64,000 nucleotides of DNA from Candidatus Latescibacterota bacterium. GTDB taxonomy: Bacteria; Latescibacterota; UBA2968; UBA8231. The position numbers and the translations under genes are program-made. The notes below the pieces were generated by a model, which ran no database searches, had not been told where the DNA came from, and saw nothing but the letters and a program-made list of their open reading frames with translations. Positions within the stretch are counted from its first letter, which is position 1, and each line of letters starts with the position of its first letter. Shown here piece after piece: positions 9,361-19,176 of this stretch. The stretch lies in assembly GCA_965221775.1 (NCBI GenBank), contig CBDCSU010000004.1:32001-96000 (forward strand), read 5' to 3'.

Positions 9361-10664
9361 GAGGCCGTCTCCGCCTCCATCGCCGACAGCTCCAGGCCGA
9401 CCTGACGCTGGATGGCGGCGACGTACTCGTCCGTCGTGTGGCCCTCGACGCGGGTCTCGAAGCCGTGGTTGCCCCAGCCGCCGACGATCCGCGCCGCCAC
9501 CCGCTTCTCCGGGTCGTTGAAGTGGTAGGCGTGGGTGCGCCGCAGGTAGTCGGGCAGGTCCTCGCCCTCGGTGCGGTAGAAACCCGGGTTGGTGACCACC
9601 ACCTGGGGCGGTTCCGAGGGCCGGGCCGGGCGCGCCGGGACCACGAGGTCGCCCATGAGCACCTCCGCCATCAGCTCCGGCGCCCAGTGGGTGACCGCGT
9701 AGGGCTCGCCGGGATCGACCCAGGGCGCGATCTGGCGGGCCACGACCTCGAACTCGTGCCAGAGCTGCAGCTCGTCGAGTTGGTGGGGCGGCAGCGAGCT
9801 GACCGTCTCGTAGCGCGACCGGTCGCCGCCGGTGCGCAGGTGGTTGAAGACCATGAACCAGTTCACCAGGTCGCGCAGGCCCCGCGGGATCTTGGTGTAC
9901 TCCTCGGTGGCGCGGGGGCTGCAGACGTCGACGAGCACGAGGTGGGGGGCCTCGGCGCTGAGGCGGCGGACGAAGTCGGGGGCGAAGCCGTTGCGCCAGA
10001 ACCGGTCGATGTGGTAAGGGACGGTGAGCCGCATCGACCCGTGGGAGGGGACGCGCTCGTAGTGGATGTCGAAGCCGTCGAGGTACGGCTCGAGGGGCTC
10101 GACCACGAAGATGCGGCCGTAGCGGTCGTTGCCGAGGACGACCACGGGCCGCCGCGTGCCGGCGCGGAAGTCTCGCAGGAAGCGCAGCAGGCCGTGAGCC
10201 TCGTACGCGGTGCGCTTCGCCTCGAGGCGGTCGGTCTCGTCCAGCTCGAAGGGCTCCGGCCGGGACGGCGGCGGCAGCCTCGTGAGGGAGTCGAAGGCGA
10301 GACGGACCTGCTCCGGCTCCTCGGGCCAGTCCCGCTGCCGCCGCGACTCCGCGGCGAAGCGGCGGAACTCCAGCTCGCGCTGCAGCTCGCAGCCGGCGTC
10401 GAACCGCCCCCGCCGGGTCTCCTCGCGCAGCCGGTCCAGCTCGCCGGTGAGGACCGACAGGTCTTGGCTGCCCGCCAGGCAGCGCACCAGGGCCGGCGTC
10501 AGGGTGACGCCGTCGTGGTTCTGGGTGGTCACCGAGGTCACCCAGTCGGCCGCCTGCCTGATGCGGGCCCGGGCTGCCTCTGCGCTGCGGCCCTCGGCGA
10601 AGGGGGTGAGCTCTTCGGCGCTCATGCGCAGAGCGGCCAGGATGGGGTCGTCAGCATCGAGCAT
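9357..10664 (-). CDS. hypothetical protein (435 aa), coupled to its neighbours
   Basis: protein-like composition and GC3-biased codons; overlaps both flanking genes (14 bp and GTGA); no motif recognised. Confidence 0.75.
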   Translation of the reverse strand: MLDADDPILAALRMSAEELTPFAEGRSAEAARARIRQAADWVTSVTTQNHDGVTLTPALVRCLAGSQDLSVLTGELDRLREETRRGRFDAGCELQRELEFRRFAAESRRQRDWPEEPEQVRLAFDSLTRLPPPSRPEPFELDETDRLEAKRTAYEAHGLLRFLRDFRAGTRRPVVVLGNDRYGRIFVVEPLEPYLDGFDIHYERVPSHGSMRLTVPYHIDRFWRNGFAPDFVRRLSAEAPHLVLVDVCSPRATEEYTKIPRGLRDLVNWFMVFNHLRTGGDRSRYETVSSLPPHQLDELQLWHEFEVVARQIAPWVDPGEPYAVTHWAPELMAEVLMGDLVVPARPARPSEPPQVVVTNPGFYRTEGEDLPDYLRRTHAYHFNDPEKRVAARIVGGWGNHGFETRVEGHTTDEYVAAIQRQVGLELSAMEAETAS

Positions 10665-11946
10665 CGGGATCTCTCCAGGTGCCGACGAGCTCGTCGATGC
10701 CGAACCCGGCGGGCATTTGGCAGTGGAACTGGCGCAGGGGCCGGGACTCGAAGTCGGGAGGGCCTTCGGCCTCCGGCTCGAGCCCGGCGTGGACCGCCGC
10801 GTAGCGCTGGTGCACGACAGCGGCGTCGGCGGCCAGACGCCGCTCCAGGGGAGCGAACCGCCCCCCCAGGGCCTCGGCCTCCGGGGCGCTGAACCGGCGG
10901 CCGATGGTCTCGAAGTACTCCCCCTTCTGGGGTCCGGCCAGCGCCGCGTGACGCTCCGCTGTCCCCATGGCCTGAACCTCCGGGGTGTGCAGGAGGCGGA
11001 CTTTGGCGGCGATCCGGGCGAGGAGCACCACGGCGGTCATGCGCTCCCCGGGGCCGGGGTGCAGGAGGGCGATCCGCTCGCGGAAGGCCGGGCCGTCGCC
11101 CTTGACGGCGCTGCGCAGGGCGGCCTCGATGTCGTCGATCTCCCGATTCAGCAGCGCCACGGCGCGCTCGAAGTGGGTCGCCGCCGGCCGCGACAGGTGG
11201 CGGGTGAATCCCAGGCCCACGTCCCACTCGGGGTAGTGGGCGTAGGGGAAGAGGCCGCCGCCGTGGGAGCGGAATCCGAGGTGCAGGGTGCGCCGCAGCC
11301 GGCTCGAGTAGAAGCTGCCCCAGTGCATGACCAGGTTCGGGTAGACGACGCCGTCGCCGGCGGCTAGCTCCACGGGGATCCCGCCCTTCAGCGGGCCCGT
11401 GGGGTCGAGGAGGAGCTGGCGCCGCTGCTCCTCGTCGGTGGGCCGGTCGTGGCTGCGCGGCAGCACCCAGAACACGTCGTCGTCGTAGAGGGCGATGTTC
11501 CACTGCACGTACCCGGGGCGGTTGGCCATCAGGTCGCGCTGCAGGCCGCACAGCGGCGCCTGCTCGCGGGCGCTGGAGTCCCGGTGCCAGTCGGTGGGCC
11601 CGTGGTCGACGAGACCGCTGCAGAGGACCTGCATGCTCGTGATGCTGGACTCCGGGGCGCCCAGGATCCGGTGGCTGACGCCGTGGACCGCGGCTCCCAG
11701 CAGGAAGTCCACCAGGCCCGCCGTCTCCTCGTCGACCACCTCGTCCACGTTGACCCGCGGCTGCATGGAGGCGTACCACTCGCCGCCGAGGGGCCCGCCC
11801 GGATCGCGGCGCTCCAGGGAGCGCGCCTTGCAGCGGTCAACGAGGACCTCGGCCAGGAGCCGCAGCTCCCCGAGCCGGCCGGGGTCGACGGCCCGGCGGA
11901 CGATCAGGTATCCCTCCTCGAAGAACCGTCCCTCGTCGATTTCCAC
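10651..11946 (-). CDS. phytanoyl-CoA dioxygenase (PhyH)-family Fe(II)/2OG enzyme with C-terminal extension
   Basis: FFEEGYLIV, WHRD (HxD), LPRSH, GDGVVY..MHWGS..RRTLH; start trimmed to GTG 11946. Confidence 0.8.
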   Translation of the reverse strand: MEIDEGRFFEEGYLIVRRAVDPGRLGELRLLAEVLVDRCKARSLERRDPGGPLGGEWYASMQPRVNVDEVVDEETAGLVDFLLGAAVHGVSHRILGAPESSITSMQVLCSGLVDHGPTDWHRDSSAREQAPLCGLQRDLMANRPGYVQWNIALYDDDVFWVLPRSHDRPTDEEQRRQLLLDPTGPLKGGIPVELAAGDGVVYPNLVMHWGSFYSSRLRRTLHLGFRSHGGGLFPYAHYPEWDVGLGFTRHLSRPAATHFERAVALLNREIDDIEAALRSAVKGDGPAFRERIALLHPGPGERMTAVVLLARIAAKVRLLHTPEVQAMGTAERHAALAGPQKGEYFETIGRRFSAPEAEALGGRFAPLERRLAADAAVVHQRYAAVHAGLEPEAEGPPDFESRPLRQFHCQMPAGFGIDELVGTWRDPDARC

Positions 11947-12003
11947 CCCCGACTCCCGCTCTATCTTGATGGAACACCTCCCGCCCCGACCCCGGAGACG
12001 CCC

Positions 12004-13050
12004 ATGCCCCTCGAGCTGATCGCCGACCGCCCCGGACACGCCCTCCTGCGAACCTACGAGGAGCCGCCCCTGGAGCCCGGCCAGGTGCGCGTCCGCAGCC
12101 TCTTCAGCGCCGTCAAGCACGGCACCGAGCTGCGCGGCTTCCGCGCCGACACGCCCGACGCCACCGACCGCTGGGACGGCCGCCTGCGCCTGCACCGGCG
12201 CGGCGAGCCCGAAGCCTCGAAGTTCCCCCGGGCCCTGGGCAATATGTGTCTCGGCGAGGTCGTCCAGGCCGGCCCTGCCGTGGACCGCCTGAAGGTAGGC
12301 GACCGCGTCTTCGAGCACCTGCCCGTGCGCCAGACCCACACCGTCGAGGCCGGCCGCCTGCGCATCGCCCCCGGCGGCGTCTCTCCCCAGGCGCTGATGT
12401 ACTGGGACCCCGCCGACGTCGCCCTCGGCGCCGTGCGCGACGGCCCGGTGCGGCTCGGCGACCGCGTCGCCGTCTTCGGCCTCGGGGCGATCGGCCTGAT
12501 GGCGGCCCAGTGCGCCCGGTTGTGCGGGGCCCGCTGGGTCGCCGCCGTCGACCCCATCGAGCGGCGCCGGGAGGCGGCCCGGCGCCACGGCGCCGACCTG
12601 GTGATCGACCCGGCCGCCACCGACGCCGGCGTGGAGATCAAGGAGCGGACGGAGGGGGCCGGCGCAGAAGTCGTCCTCGAGACCAGCGGCGCCTACGCCG
12701 CCTTCGAGGACGCCCTGCGCGCCTGCTGCTACGCCGGCACCGTGGTCTCCTCCGCCTACTACCACGGCGAGCACAGCCTGAAGCTGGCCGGCGAGTGGCA
12801 CCGCAACCGCATCCAGGTGGTCTCCAGCCGCGCCAACAGCGAGCCCCTGCCGCAGCCGGGATGGAGCTTCTCCCGCATCCAGGGCGAGTCCCTGGCGCTG
12901 CTGGTGGAGGGGCGTCTGCGGGCCGACGACCTCATCGACCCGGTGGTCCCCATGGAACAGGCGGCCTCGGCCTACCACGAGATCGAGGCCCACCCGGAGC
13001 GCTCCATCAAGCTCGGCATCGACCACGCCCTGGGTGGATCCTCCGGGTGA
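12004..13050 (+). CDS. MDR-family (zinc-binding alcohol dehydrogenase-like) oxidoreductase
   Basis: SAVKHGTE, GEVV..G..V..LKVGDRV, Rossmann VFGLGAIG; ATG 12004. Confidence 0.85.
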   Translation: MPLELIADRPGHALLRTYEEPPLEPGQVRVRSLFSAVKHGTELRGFRADTPDATDRWDGRLRLHRRGEPEASKFPRALGNMCLGEVVQAGPAVDRLKVGDRVFEHLPVRQTHTVEAGRLRIAPGGVSPQALMYWDPADVALGAVRDGPVRLGDRVAVFGLGAIGLMAAQCARLCGARWVAAVDPIERRREAARRHGADLVIDPAATDAGVEIKERTEGAGAEVVLETSGAYAAFEDALRACCYAGTVVSSAYYHGEHSLKLAGEWHRNRIQVVSSRANSEPLPQPGWSFSRIQGESLALLVEGRLRADDLIDPVVPMEQAASAYHEIEAHPERSIKLGIDHALGGSSG

Positions 13051-13772
13051 AGGTCGCCGCCTGGCAGGCCCCGCTCCTGCCTGTCGGATCGATGCAGGCG
13101 CTGCCCCTGATCGGGGAGCGCGTCGCCGAGTGCGAGAGGCGGGGGGTGGAGGTCCTCTGCTGTCCGGAAGCGATCCTCGGCGGGCTGGCCGACTTCGCCC
13201 CGGAGCCGGGTGCCCTGGCCATCGACGCCGAGGGGGGAGAGCTGGAGCGCGTCCTGCAGCCGCTGGCCAGCGACCGCGTGAGCACCATCGTCGGCTTCAC
13301 CGAGGCCGGCCCCGGGGGGCGCCTCTACTGCTCGGCGGCGGTCTTCCAGGGGGGCGCGGTGACCGGCGTCTACCGCAAGACCCACCCGGCCATCCGGCGC
13401 TCGGTGTACAGCGCCGGCGACCGCACCCCCTGCTGGGAGATCAACGGCCTGAGGTTCGGCATCGTCATCTGCTACGACACCAACTTCCCCGAGCCGGCCC
13501 GCGCCATCTGTGCCCGGGGGGCGTCCGTGCTCTTCATCCCCACCAACAACGGTCTCCCCCCGGAGAAGGCGGACGTGGTCCCCCTGGCGCGCAGGGCGCA
13601 GGCGGAGCGCGCCGTCGACAACGGGGTCCACGTGGTCGCCGCCGACGTGGCCGGCCGCTGCGGGGATCACGTCTCCCGGGGTTCCTCCGGCGTCACCGCC
13701 CCGGACGGGGCTCTGGTGGCCGCGGCCCAGCCCCTGGCCGAGGAGCTTCTGGTGGTCGACCTGCCGGTCTGA
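13047..13772 (+). CDS. carbon-nitrogen hydrolase (nitrilase family)
   Basis: CCPEA, YRKTH, ICYDTNFPE (E-K-C triad); GTGA overlap with the upstream gene. Confidence 0.88.
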   Translation: MKVAAWQAPLLPVGSMQALPLIGERVAECERRGVEVLCCPEAILGGLADFAPEPGALAIDAEGGELERVLQPLASDRVSTIVGFTEAGPGGRLYCSAAVFQGGAVTGVYRKTHPAIRRSVYSAGDRTPCWEINGLRFGIVICYDTNFPEPARAICARGASVLFIPTNNGLPPEKADVVPLARRAQAERAVDNGVHVVAADVAGRCGDHVSRGSSGVTAPDGALVAAAQPLAEELLVVDLPV

Positions 13773-13786
13773 GGCCTGACCGGCGG

Positions 13787-14464
13787 TCAGACCCGCTCCA
13801 GGGCCCAGCCCTTCAGCACCCGCGCCATCTCGTCGTAGACATCCTCGTCCGACTGGCGCGACCGCTTGAGCACCTTGAAGCCGTGGTCGGCCGTCTCCAG
13901 CCGATGCAGGGTGGCCTGCTCCAGGCCTTCTACCACCGGCTCCAGCAGCTCCAGCTCGGCCAGCTTGTCCCGCGTCCCGGAGAGGAACAGCATGGGCACC
14001 GTCACCTCCGGCAGGTGGGCGGCGCGGTCCACCGAGGCCCGCCCCGGCGGGTGCAGCGGAAAGGCGAAGAACACCAGCCCCCGCACCCGCGGGATCGGCG
14101 CCTCGGCCGCGGCGTGGCTGGCCATGCGGCCGCCGAAGGAGTGGCCGCCGACGAACAGGGGCAGGTCGGGCGCGGCCTGGTGGGCGGTGGCCGCGGCGGA
14201 GCGCACGGTGGCGTACGCCACCGGCTTCGACTCGGTGCCGCCGCCGCCCCGCTCCATGTAGGGGAAGTTGTAGCGGAATGTGGCGACGCCGGCGTCGGCG
14301 CAGCAGCCGGCGATGGTGCGCAGGTTGCGGTGCCGGCAGTCGGTGCCGGCCCCGTGGCCGAGGACCAGCATGAGCCGCGCCTGCGGCGGGCGGATGGCGA
14401 CGGAGGAGACCTCCCCCTTCTCCGGCGTGGCCGTGAACCGGCCCTCGATCTCCTCGTGAGTCAT
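13787..14464 (-). CDS. alpha/beta hydrolase (KANL3/Tex30-like)
   Basis: LGHGAG, RYNFPYM, GGHSFGGRMAS, FPLHPPG, GTRD, ADHGF. Confidence 0.88.
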   Translation of the reverse strand: MTHEEIEGRFTATPEKGEVSSVAIRPPQARLMLVLGHGAGTDCRHRNLRTIAGCCADAGVATFRYNFPYMERGGGGTESKPVAYATVRSAAATAHQAAPDLPLFVGGHSFGGRMASHAAAEAPIPRVRGLVFFAFPLHPPGRASVDRAAHLPEVTVPMLFLSGTRDKLAELELLEPVVEGLEQATLHRLETADHGFKVLKRSRQSDEDVYDEMARVLKGWALERV

Positions 14465-14519
14465 GCTCACTCCTCGACGGATGGCGGTGGTGGGTCCGCG
14501 GCTGCGGGACCGAGGGCGC

Positions 14520-15365
14520 TCAGGCGGGGCGCTCTCGGTTGAGCCAGGTCTTCTTCGTGCGCTTCTCGAACCAGGCGGGCATCTCCTTGCGGCGCCAGCG
14601 CAGGAAGGCGCGCTCGTGGACGTCGCGGTTCCGGCGCGAGGGCTCGGCGGGGATCTCGATGGTGGCGTGCAGGATCTGCTGCTCCCGGCGCGACAGGGCG
14701 ACGACCTCCCCCTGGCTGATGATCAGGGTGACGCCCACGTTGGCCTCGACGATGGGCACGCCGTTCTCCCGCGCCCGCGCCAGCACCGCCTTGTCCTGCC
14801 TCCTCGAGCGGCTGCCGAAGGACGGGATCAGCAGGTAGCGGGCGCCGTCGAGGACGGGGATGCGGGCGATGTCGGCGTTCCAGCGGTCGGCGCAGATCAT
14901 GAAGCCGCAGCGGCCGTGGGGGGTGGGGAAGGCGCGCGACTGCCGGCCCAGGCGGTTGAACCACCAGGCCGGGTGGGTGCCCTCGGCCAGCTGCATCTTG
15001 TGGTACTTGCCGCAGACCTTGCCCGCCGGATCGATGAAGACGGCGCAGTTGTGGACGTTGCGGCCCACCTTCTCGGCGCAGCCGAAGGCGAGGCTCATGC
15101 CCAGTTCCCTGGCGAGTGCGCGGAACCGGGAGATCACGGCGCCCTGCATGGTCACCGCCACCTCGCGGATGCGCGCCGCCGGCGCCTCGCCGGCGATGAT
15201 CTCGTTGGTCACGTAGCCTTCGATGACACCCTCGGGGGCCACTGCCAGCTCGGCGCCGTCCGCGGCCGCCCGGCGGAAGCTCTCCTCGAGGCGGTCACAG
15301 TTGTCGGCCAGCTCGAACTTCTCCGGCACGAAGGAGATCGCCGCCACACGCAAGGGTTGGAACAT
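14520..15365 (-). CDS. carbon-nitrogen hydrolase (nitrilase family)
   Basis: APEGVIEGY, YHKMQL, ICADRW; GGAGG RBS before GTG/ATG. Confidence 0.88.
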   Translation of the reverse strand: MFQPLRVAAISFVPEKFELADNCDRLEESFRRAAADGAELAVAPEGVIEGYVTNEIIAGEAPAARIREVAVTMQGAVISRFRALARELGMSLAFGCAEKVGRNVHNCAVFIDPAGKVCGKYHKMQLAEGTHPAWWFNRLGRQSRAFPTPHGRCGFMICADRWNADIARIPVLDGARYLLIPSFGSRSRRQDKAVLARARENGVPIVEANVGVTLIISQGEVVALSRREQQILHATIEIPAEPSRRNRDVHERAFLRWRRKEMPAWFEKRTKKTWLNRERPA

Positions 15366-15540
15366 CACACCCTCCTTCCGGCTCTTCGGGCCGCCGCGCC
15401 CGGGGCGGTTCGCGGATCCGGGTCCACGCGCCCGGGGCAGGGAGGCCTCGTCTTTACGTCTACCCAGTTCATCGGCTTCCTTTGACTGCGAAAAAGAGCC
15501 GCCTTCGGCTCCGCCCGGCAAGCCCTCGACGGGAGCCGCC

Positions 15541-16986
15541 ATGAACAAGCCGAACATCGTCTTCATCCTCGCCGACGACCTCGGCTACGGGGATGTGGGC
15601 TGCTACAACCCCGAGTCGAAGATCCCCACGCCGAACCTCGACCGCCTCGCCGCGCGGGGCGTGCGCTTCACCGATGCCCACGCGCCTTCCAGCGTCTGCA
15701 CGCCCAGCCGCTACGCCGTGCTCACCGGGCGCTACTGCTGGCGCTCCCGGCTCAAGGGGGGCGTCCTCTGGCAGTGGGAGAGCGCCCTCGTCGAGCCCGA
15801 CCGCCTCACCGTGGCCGAGCTGCTGCGGCGGCAGGGATACAAGACTCACTGCGTCGGCAAGTGGCACCTCGGCTGGGACTGGACCCTCGACGACGGCTCG
15901 CCGGCGGCGGACCACGTCGAGTTCGGGAGCCGCGGCGACGACCCGGCGAGACGGGCCCTCGACGAGCGCATCGACTACGGCCGGCCGATCACGGGCGGCC
16001 CCGTGGACCGCGGCTTCGACACCTACTTCGGCGACGACGTGCCCAACTTCCCGCCCTACACCTGGTTCGAGGACGACCGCGTCGTCGAGGCGCCGTCGGT
16101 GCCCAAGCCCGAGGTGATGTTCGGCACCCCGGGGCCGATGGTCCCCGGCTGGTCCCTGGAGCAGGTCATGCCCACCCTCACCCGGCGCGCCGAGGGCGTC
16201 ATCGACCAGGCCGGGGAGGAGCCCTTCTTCCTCTACATGCCGCTCACGGCGCCCCACACCCCCATCGTCCCGCTGGACGAGTTCCGCGGCCTGAGCCGGG
16301 CCGGGGAGTACGGCGACTACGTCTGCGAGGTCGACTGGTGCGTGGGCCGTGTCATGGAGGCCCTGGAGCGGCGCGGGATCTCCGACGACACCCTGCTGAT
16401 CTTCGCCAGCGACAACGGCCCCGAGAGGCCCGCCTACGACCGCATCCGCCAGTTCGGCCACGCCTCTTCGGCCTGCCTGCGCGGCATCAAGCGCGACGTC
16501 TGGGAGGGCGGCCACCGGGTGCCCTTTCTGGCCCGCTGGCCGGGGGTGGTACCGGCCGGCTCCGAGTGCTCCCACACCGTCATGCTCGGCGACCTCATGG
16601 CCACCTGCGCCGAGATGACGGGGACCCGCCTCGGCGCCGGGGAGGGCGAGGACAGCGTCAGCATGCTGCCCCTGCTGCGCCGGCCGAACCGGGACCGCGG
16701 CGTACGCGCCTTCACCGTCCATCACAGCATGAACCGCCGCTTCGCCATCCGCCGGGGAGACTGGGTCTTCATCGACGACGCCACCGGCGGCGACGTCCGG
16801 GAGCCGGAGTGGTACCGGCAGCGGCGGGGGTACGGGCCGCACGATCAGCCGGGGGAGCTCTTCCACCTGGCCAGCGACCTCGAGGAGCGGACCAACCTCC
16901 ACGCCGAGCGTCCGGAGGTGGCGGCCGAGCTTTCGGGCTTGCTGGAGCAAGTCAAGGCCGGGGGTGTCGACGCCCGCGCCGATTGA
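15541..16986 (+). CDS. arylsulfatase (Cys-type, no signal peptide)
   Basis: KPNIVFILADDLGYGD, CTPSR formylglycine motif, GKWHLG, SDNG, EGGHRVP. Confidence 0.93.
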   Translation: MNKPNIVFILADDLGYGDVGCYNPESKIPTPNLDRLAARGVRFTDAHAPSSVCTPSRYAVLTGRYCWRSRLKGGVLWQWESALVEPDRLTVAELLRRQGYKTHCVGKWHLGWDWTLDDGSPAADHVEFGSRGDDPARRALDERIDYGRPITGGPVDRGFDTYFGDDVPNFPPYTWFEDDRVVEAPSVPKPEVMFGTPGPMVPGWSLEQVMPTLTRRAEGVIDQAGEEPFFLYMPLTAPHTPIVPLDEFRGLSRAGEYGDYVCEVDWCVGRVMEALERRGISDDTLLIFASDNGPERPAYDRIRQFGHASSACLRGIKRDVWEGGHRVPFLARWPGVVPAGSECSHTVMLGDLMATCAEMTGTRLGAGEGEDSVSMLPLLRRPNRDRGVRAFTVHHSMNRRFAIRRGDWVFIDDATGGDVREPEWYRQRRGYGPHDQPGELFHLASDLEERTNLHAERPEVAAELSGLLEQVKAGGVDARAD

Positions 16987-17020
16987 CAGCCGTCCTCGGC
17001 GGGCCTGTTGTATGAGCCAG

Positions 17021-17051
17021 GGAATGAAGCGGGGAATGTCCTTGTCCAATG
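17021..17051 (+). promoter_or_regulatory. ECF sigma promoter (autoregulatory copy)
   Basis: GGAATG-N16-TGTCCAATG, with identical boxes and spacing at 18503-18533. Confidence 0.75.
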
Positions 17052-17624
17052 AGTGTGGATCCGCCGTCCGACCTGGAGCTGACGAGGAGGGCCCGCGATG
17101 GTGACGACCACGCCTTCCGCGAGCTGGTGGACCGGTACGAATCCCGGGTGGCGGCCACCGTCGTCGGCATGCTCGGGCCCGGTCCCGACGCCGAGGACGT
17201 GGGCCAGGAGACCTTCATCCGCTTCCACGCCGCCCTCGGCCGTTTCCGCGGCGAGGCGGCTCTCGGCACCTATCTCACCCGGATCGCCATCAACCTCGCC
17301 CTCAACGCCTCGAAGAGCCGGCAGAAAGCCCGTTGGCGGTTCTGGAGCCTGGACAGCGACGAGGAGCCGGCGCCGGAGCCGGTCACCGACGGGGCGGCGC
17401 TGCAGGACCGGGCCGACACGCGGGCCGAGGTGCAGGCGGCGCTGGAGCAGCTCAAGCCCGATCACCGCGCCGTCGTGGTGCTGCGCATGATCCAGGGATA
17501 CTCGACGCGGGAGACGGCCCGGGCCCTGGGCCTGCCCGAGGGCACGGTGTTGTCGCGGTTGTCCCGCGGATTGGCGAGCCTGAAGGAGATCCTGAAGGGG
17601 GAGTTCGGCCATGAAGAAGCGTGA
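17049..17624 (+). CDS. ECF RNA polymerase sigma factor
   Basis: region 2 DAEDVGQETFIR..YLTRIAIN; region 4 GYSTRETARALGLPEGTVLSRLSRG; true start may be GTG 17055. Confidence 0.93.
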   Translation: MSVDPPSDLELTRRARDGDDHAFRELVDRYESRVAATVVGMLGPGPDAEDVGQETFIRFHAALGRFRGEAALGTYLTRIAINLALNASKSRQKARWRFWSLDSDEEPAPEPVTDGAALQDRADTRAEVQAALEQLKPDHRAVVVLRMIQGYSTRETARALGLPEGTVLSRLSRGLASLKEILKGEFGHEEA

Positions 17625-18030
17625 ACGCGAGGAGTTGCTGGCGCGGGCCCTCGGGGGCGAGCTCGACCCGGGGCAGCGGACCCGCTTCGAGGCCCTCCTC
17701 GCCGCGGACGAGGGCTTCCGCACCGAGTGGGAGCAGCTGCGCCGGGCGGGCGACCTGGTCTCGGAGGCGCGGGCCGAAGGCTTCGGCCCCCACTTCTCGG
17801 CGCGGGTCCTGGCGCGCCTGCGCAGCGAGAGGGCCGGGGCGCCCAGCCTCGCCGACGGCCTCATGCGTCTCTTCCGGCCCCTGGTGCCGGTCACCCTCGC
17901 GGTGGCCCTCTTCCTCGCCGTGCTCAACTGGCGGGACCGCGGCCTCGCCGCCGAGGGCGCCTCCTTCCTGGAGATCACCTTCGCCGTTCCGCCGGTCTCG
18001 GCGGAGACCGCGGAAATGATGGAGATGTGA
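17611..18030 (+). CDS. putative membrane-anchored anti-sigma factor
   Basis: overlaps the sigma gene; zinc-less ASD-like N-terminus (LGGELDPGQRTRFEALL) plus one TM helix. Confidence 0.75.
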   Translation: MKKREREELLARALGGELDPGQRTRFEALLAADEGFRTEWEQLRRAGDLVSEARAEGFGPHFSARVLARLRSERAGAPSLADGLMRLFRPLVPVTLAVALFLAVLNWRDRGLAAEGASFLEITFAVPPVSAETAEMMEM

Positions 18031-18437
18031 CCGTGTCCTCCCGCACCCGCATCGCCGCCATCCTCATGGCCACCCTCGTCCTCGGAATGGTGGTGGGCGC
18101 CCTCGGTCACAGCGTCTACCAGCGCCACCGCTTCCGCGACGCCCTGAGCCTGGCCAGACCCGCCCTCTTCACCGCCGGCATCCGGCGCGCCATCGGCCCG
18201 GTGGAGGACGACCGCCGCGAGCGGATCGCCGAGGTCCTGCGCCGCATCGACGGGCGCATGCGCGCCAACCGCATCGCCCGCGACGGCGAGCGCCGGGCCC
18301 AGCTGGACTCCATCCGGGCGGCCCTGCATCCGCTGCTGACCGACGAGGAGCGCCGGCGGGTGCAGCGGCACCTGGAGCGCCACAAGCGCTGGATGCGGCA
18401 CGGGGCCAAGGGCCATCGCGGCGGCAAGCGGCACTGA
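18027..18437 (+). CDS. membrane-anchored helical periplasmic protein (heavy-metal sensor/Spy-like)
   Basis: GTGA overlap; N-terminal TM; LLTDEERRR C-terminal motif; His/Arg-rich tail. Confidence 0.7.
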   Translation: MTVSSRTRIAAILMATLVLGMVVGALGHSVYQRHRFRDALSLARPALFTAGIRRAIGPVEDDRRERIAEVLRRIDGRMRANRIARDGERRAQLDSIRAALHPLLTDEERRRVQRHLERHKRWMRHGAKGHRGGKRH

Positions 18438-18502
18438 GCGCGGTTCTCCCGTACCAAGTTTTGACGGGATCCGCCTTCTTTCCGGTTTTTTCGCAAAGAC
18501 GT

Positions 18503-18533
18503 GGAATGTGGGACTCCTCGCCGTTGTCCAATG
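18503..18533 (+). promoter_or_regulatory. ECF sigma promoter (target gene copy)
   Basis: GGAATG-N16-TGTCCAATG upstream of the Spy-like gene. Confidence 0.75.
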
Positions 18534-18596
18534 GCGTGAACGCAGGACAACGGCCCGGAATCATCCGGCCATCACCCACTCGATCGGAGGAGCCCC

Positions 18597-19079
18597 ATGA
18601 AGGCCATCCCGACCATCGCCGCAGCCGTCCTCATCTTGGGGACCCTTCCCGTCACCGCGGATTCCGATTCCGAGGACCGGAAGGCCAGGGCCGAGGAAGC
18701 GCGCGCCGCCCTCCTGGACGACCTCGGCCTCGAAGGCGACCAGAGATCGCAGGTGGAGGAGATCCTGGAGGCTCACGCCGAGAAGGGCGGGGAGCTGTTC
18801 TCGGAGCACCGCGAGTCCCGTGGTGAAGGGCGCGAGCAGCTGCGCCGGTCGCGGCGTGAGGCGCGGGAGCAGATGCAGACCCTGCGGGAGGAGACGGAGG
18901 GCAAGCTGAAGGAGGCGTTGAGCGACGAGCAGTTCACGCGCCTGCAGGAACTGCGCAAGGAGAGGCGGAAGGAGCGCGGCGGCGACCGTCACCGCGAGGG
19001 ATTCAGCCGCGGCGGCGAGGAGCGCGGCGGCAAGGGACACGGCGGCGGCAGGGGCAAGCGCGGCCGGTCCCGCCACTGA
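18597..19079 (+). CDS. secreted Spy/CpxP-like helical protein
   Basis: GGAGG RBS, signal peptide, LGLEGDQ and LSDEQ (LTxxQ-like) motifs, charged helices. Confidence 0.72.
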   Translation: MKAIPTIAAAVLILGTLPVTADSDSEDRKARAEEARAALLDDLGLEGDQRSQVEEILEAHAEKGGELFSEHRESRGEGREQLRRSRREAREQMQTLREETEGKLKEALSDEQFTRLQELRKERRKERGGDRHREGFSRGGEERGGKGHGGGRGKRGRSRH

Positions 19080-19096
19080 GCAGGATCGAAGTCGAC

Positions 19097-19130
19097 GAGC
19101 GGCGCCGCTCCCGCGGGATCGGTGCCGCTC
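19097..19130. terminator. hairpin between convergent genes
   Basis: GAGCGGCGCCG...CGGTGCCGCTC inverted repeat. Confidence 0.45.
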
Positions 19131-19176
19131 TCTCGTGTACGGCGATCCGGCGCGGGGATGACCGGGCGCCGCCGAC

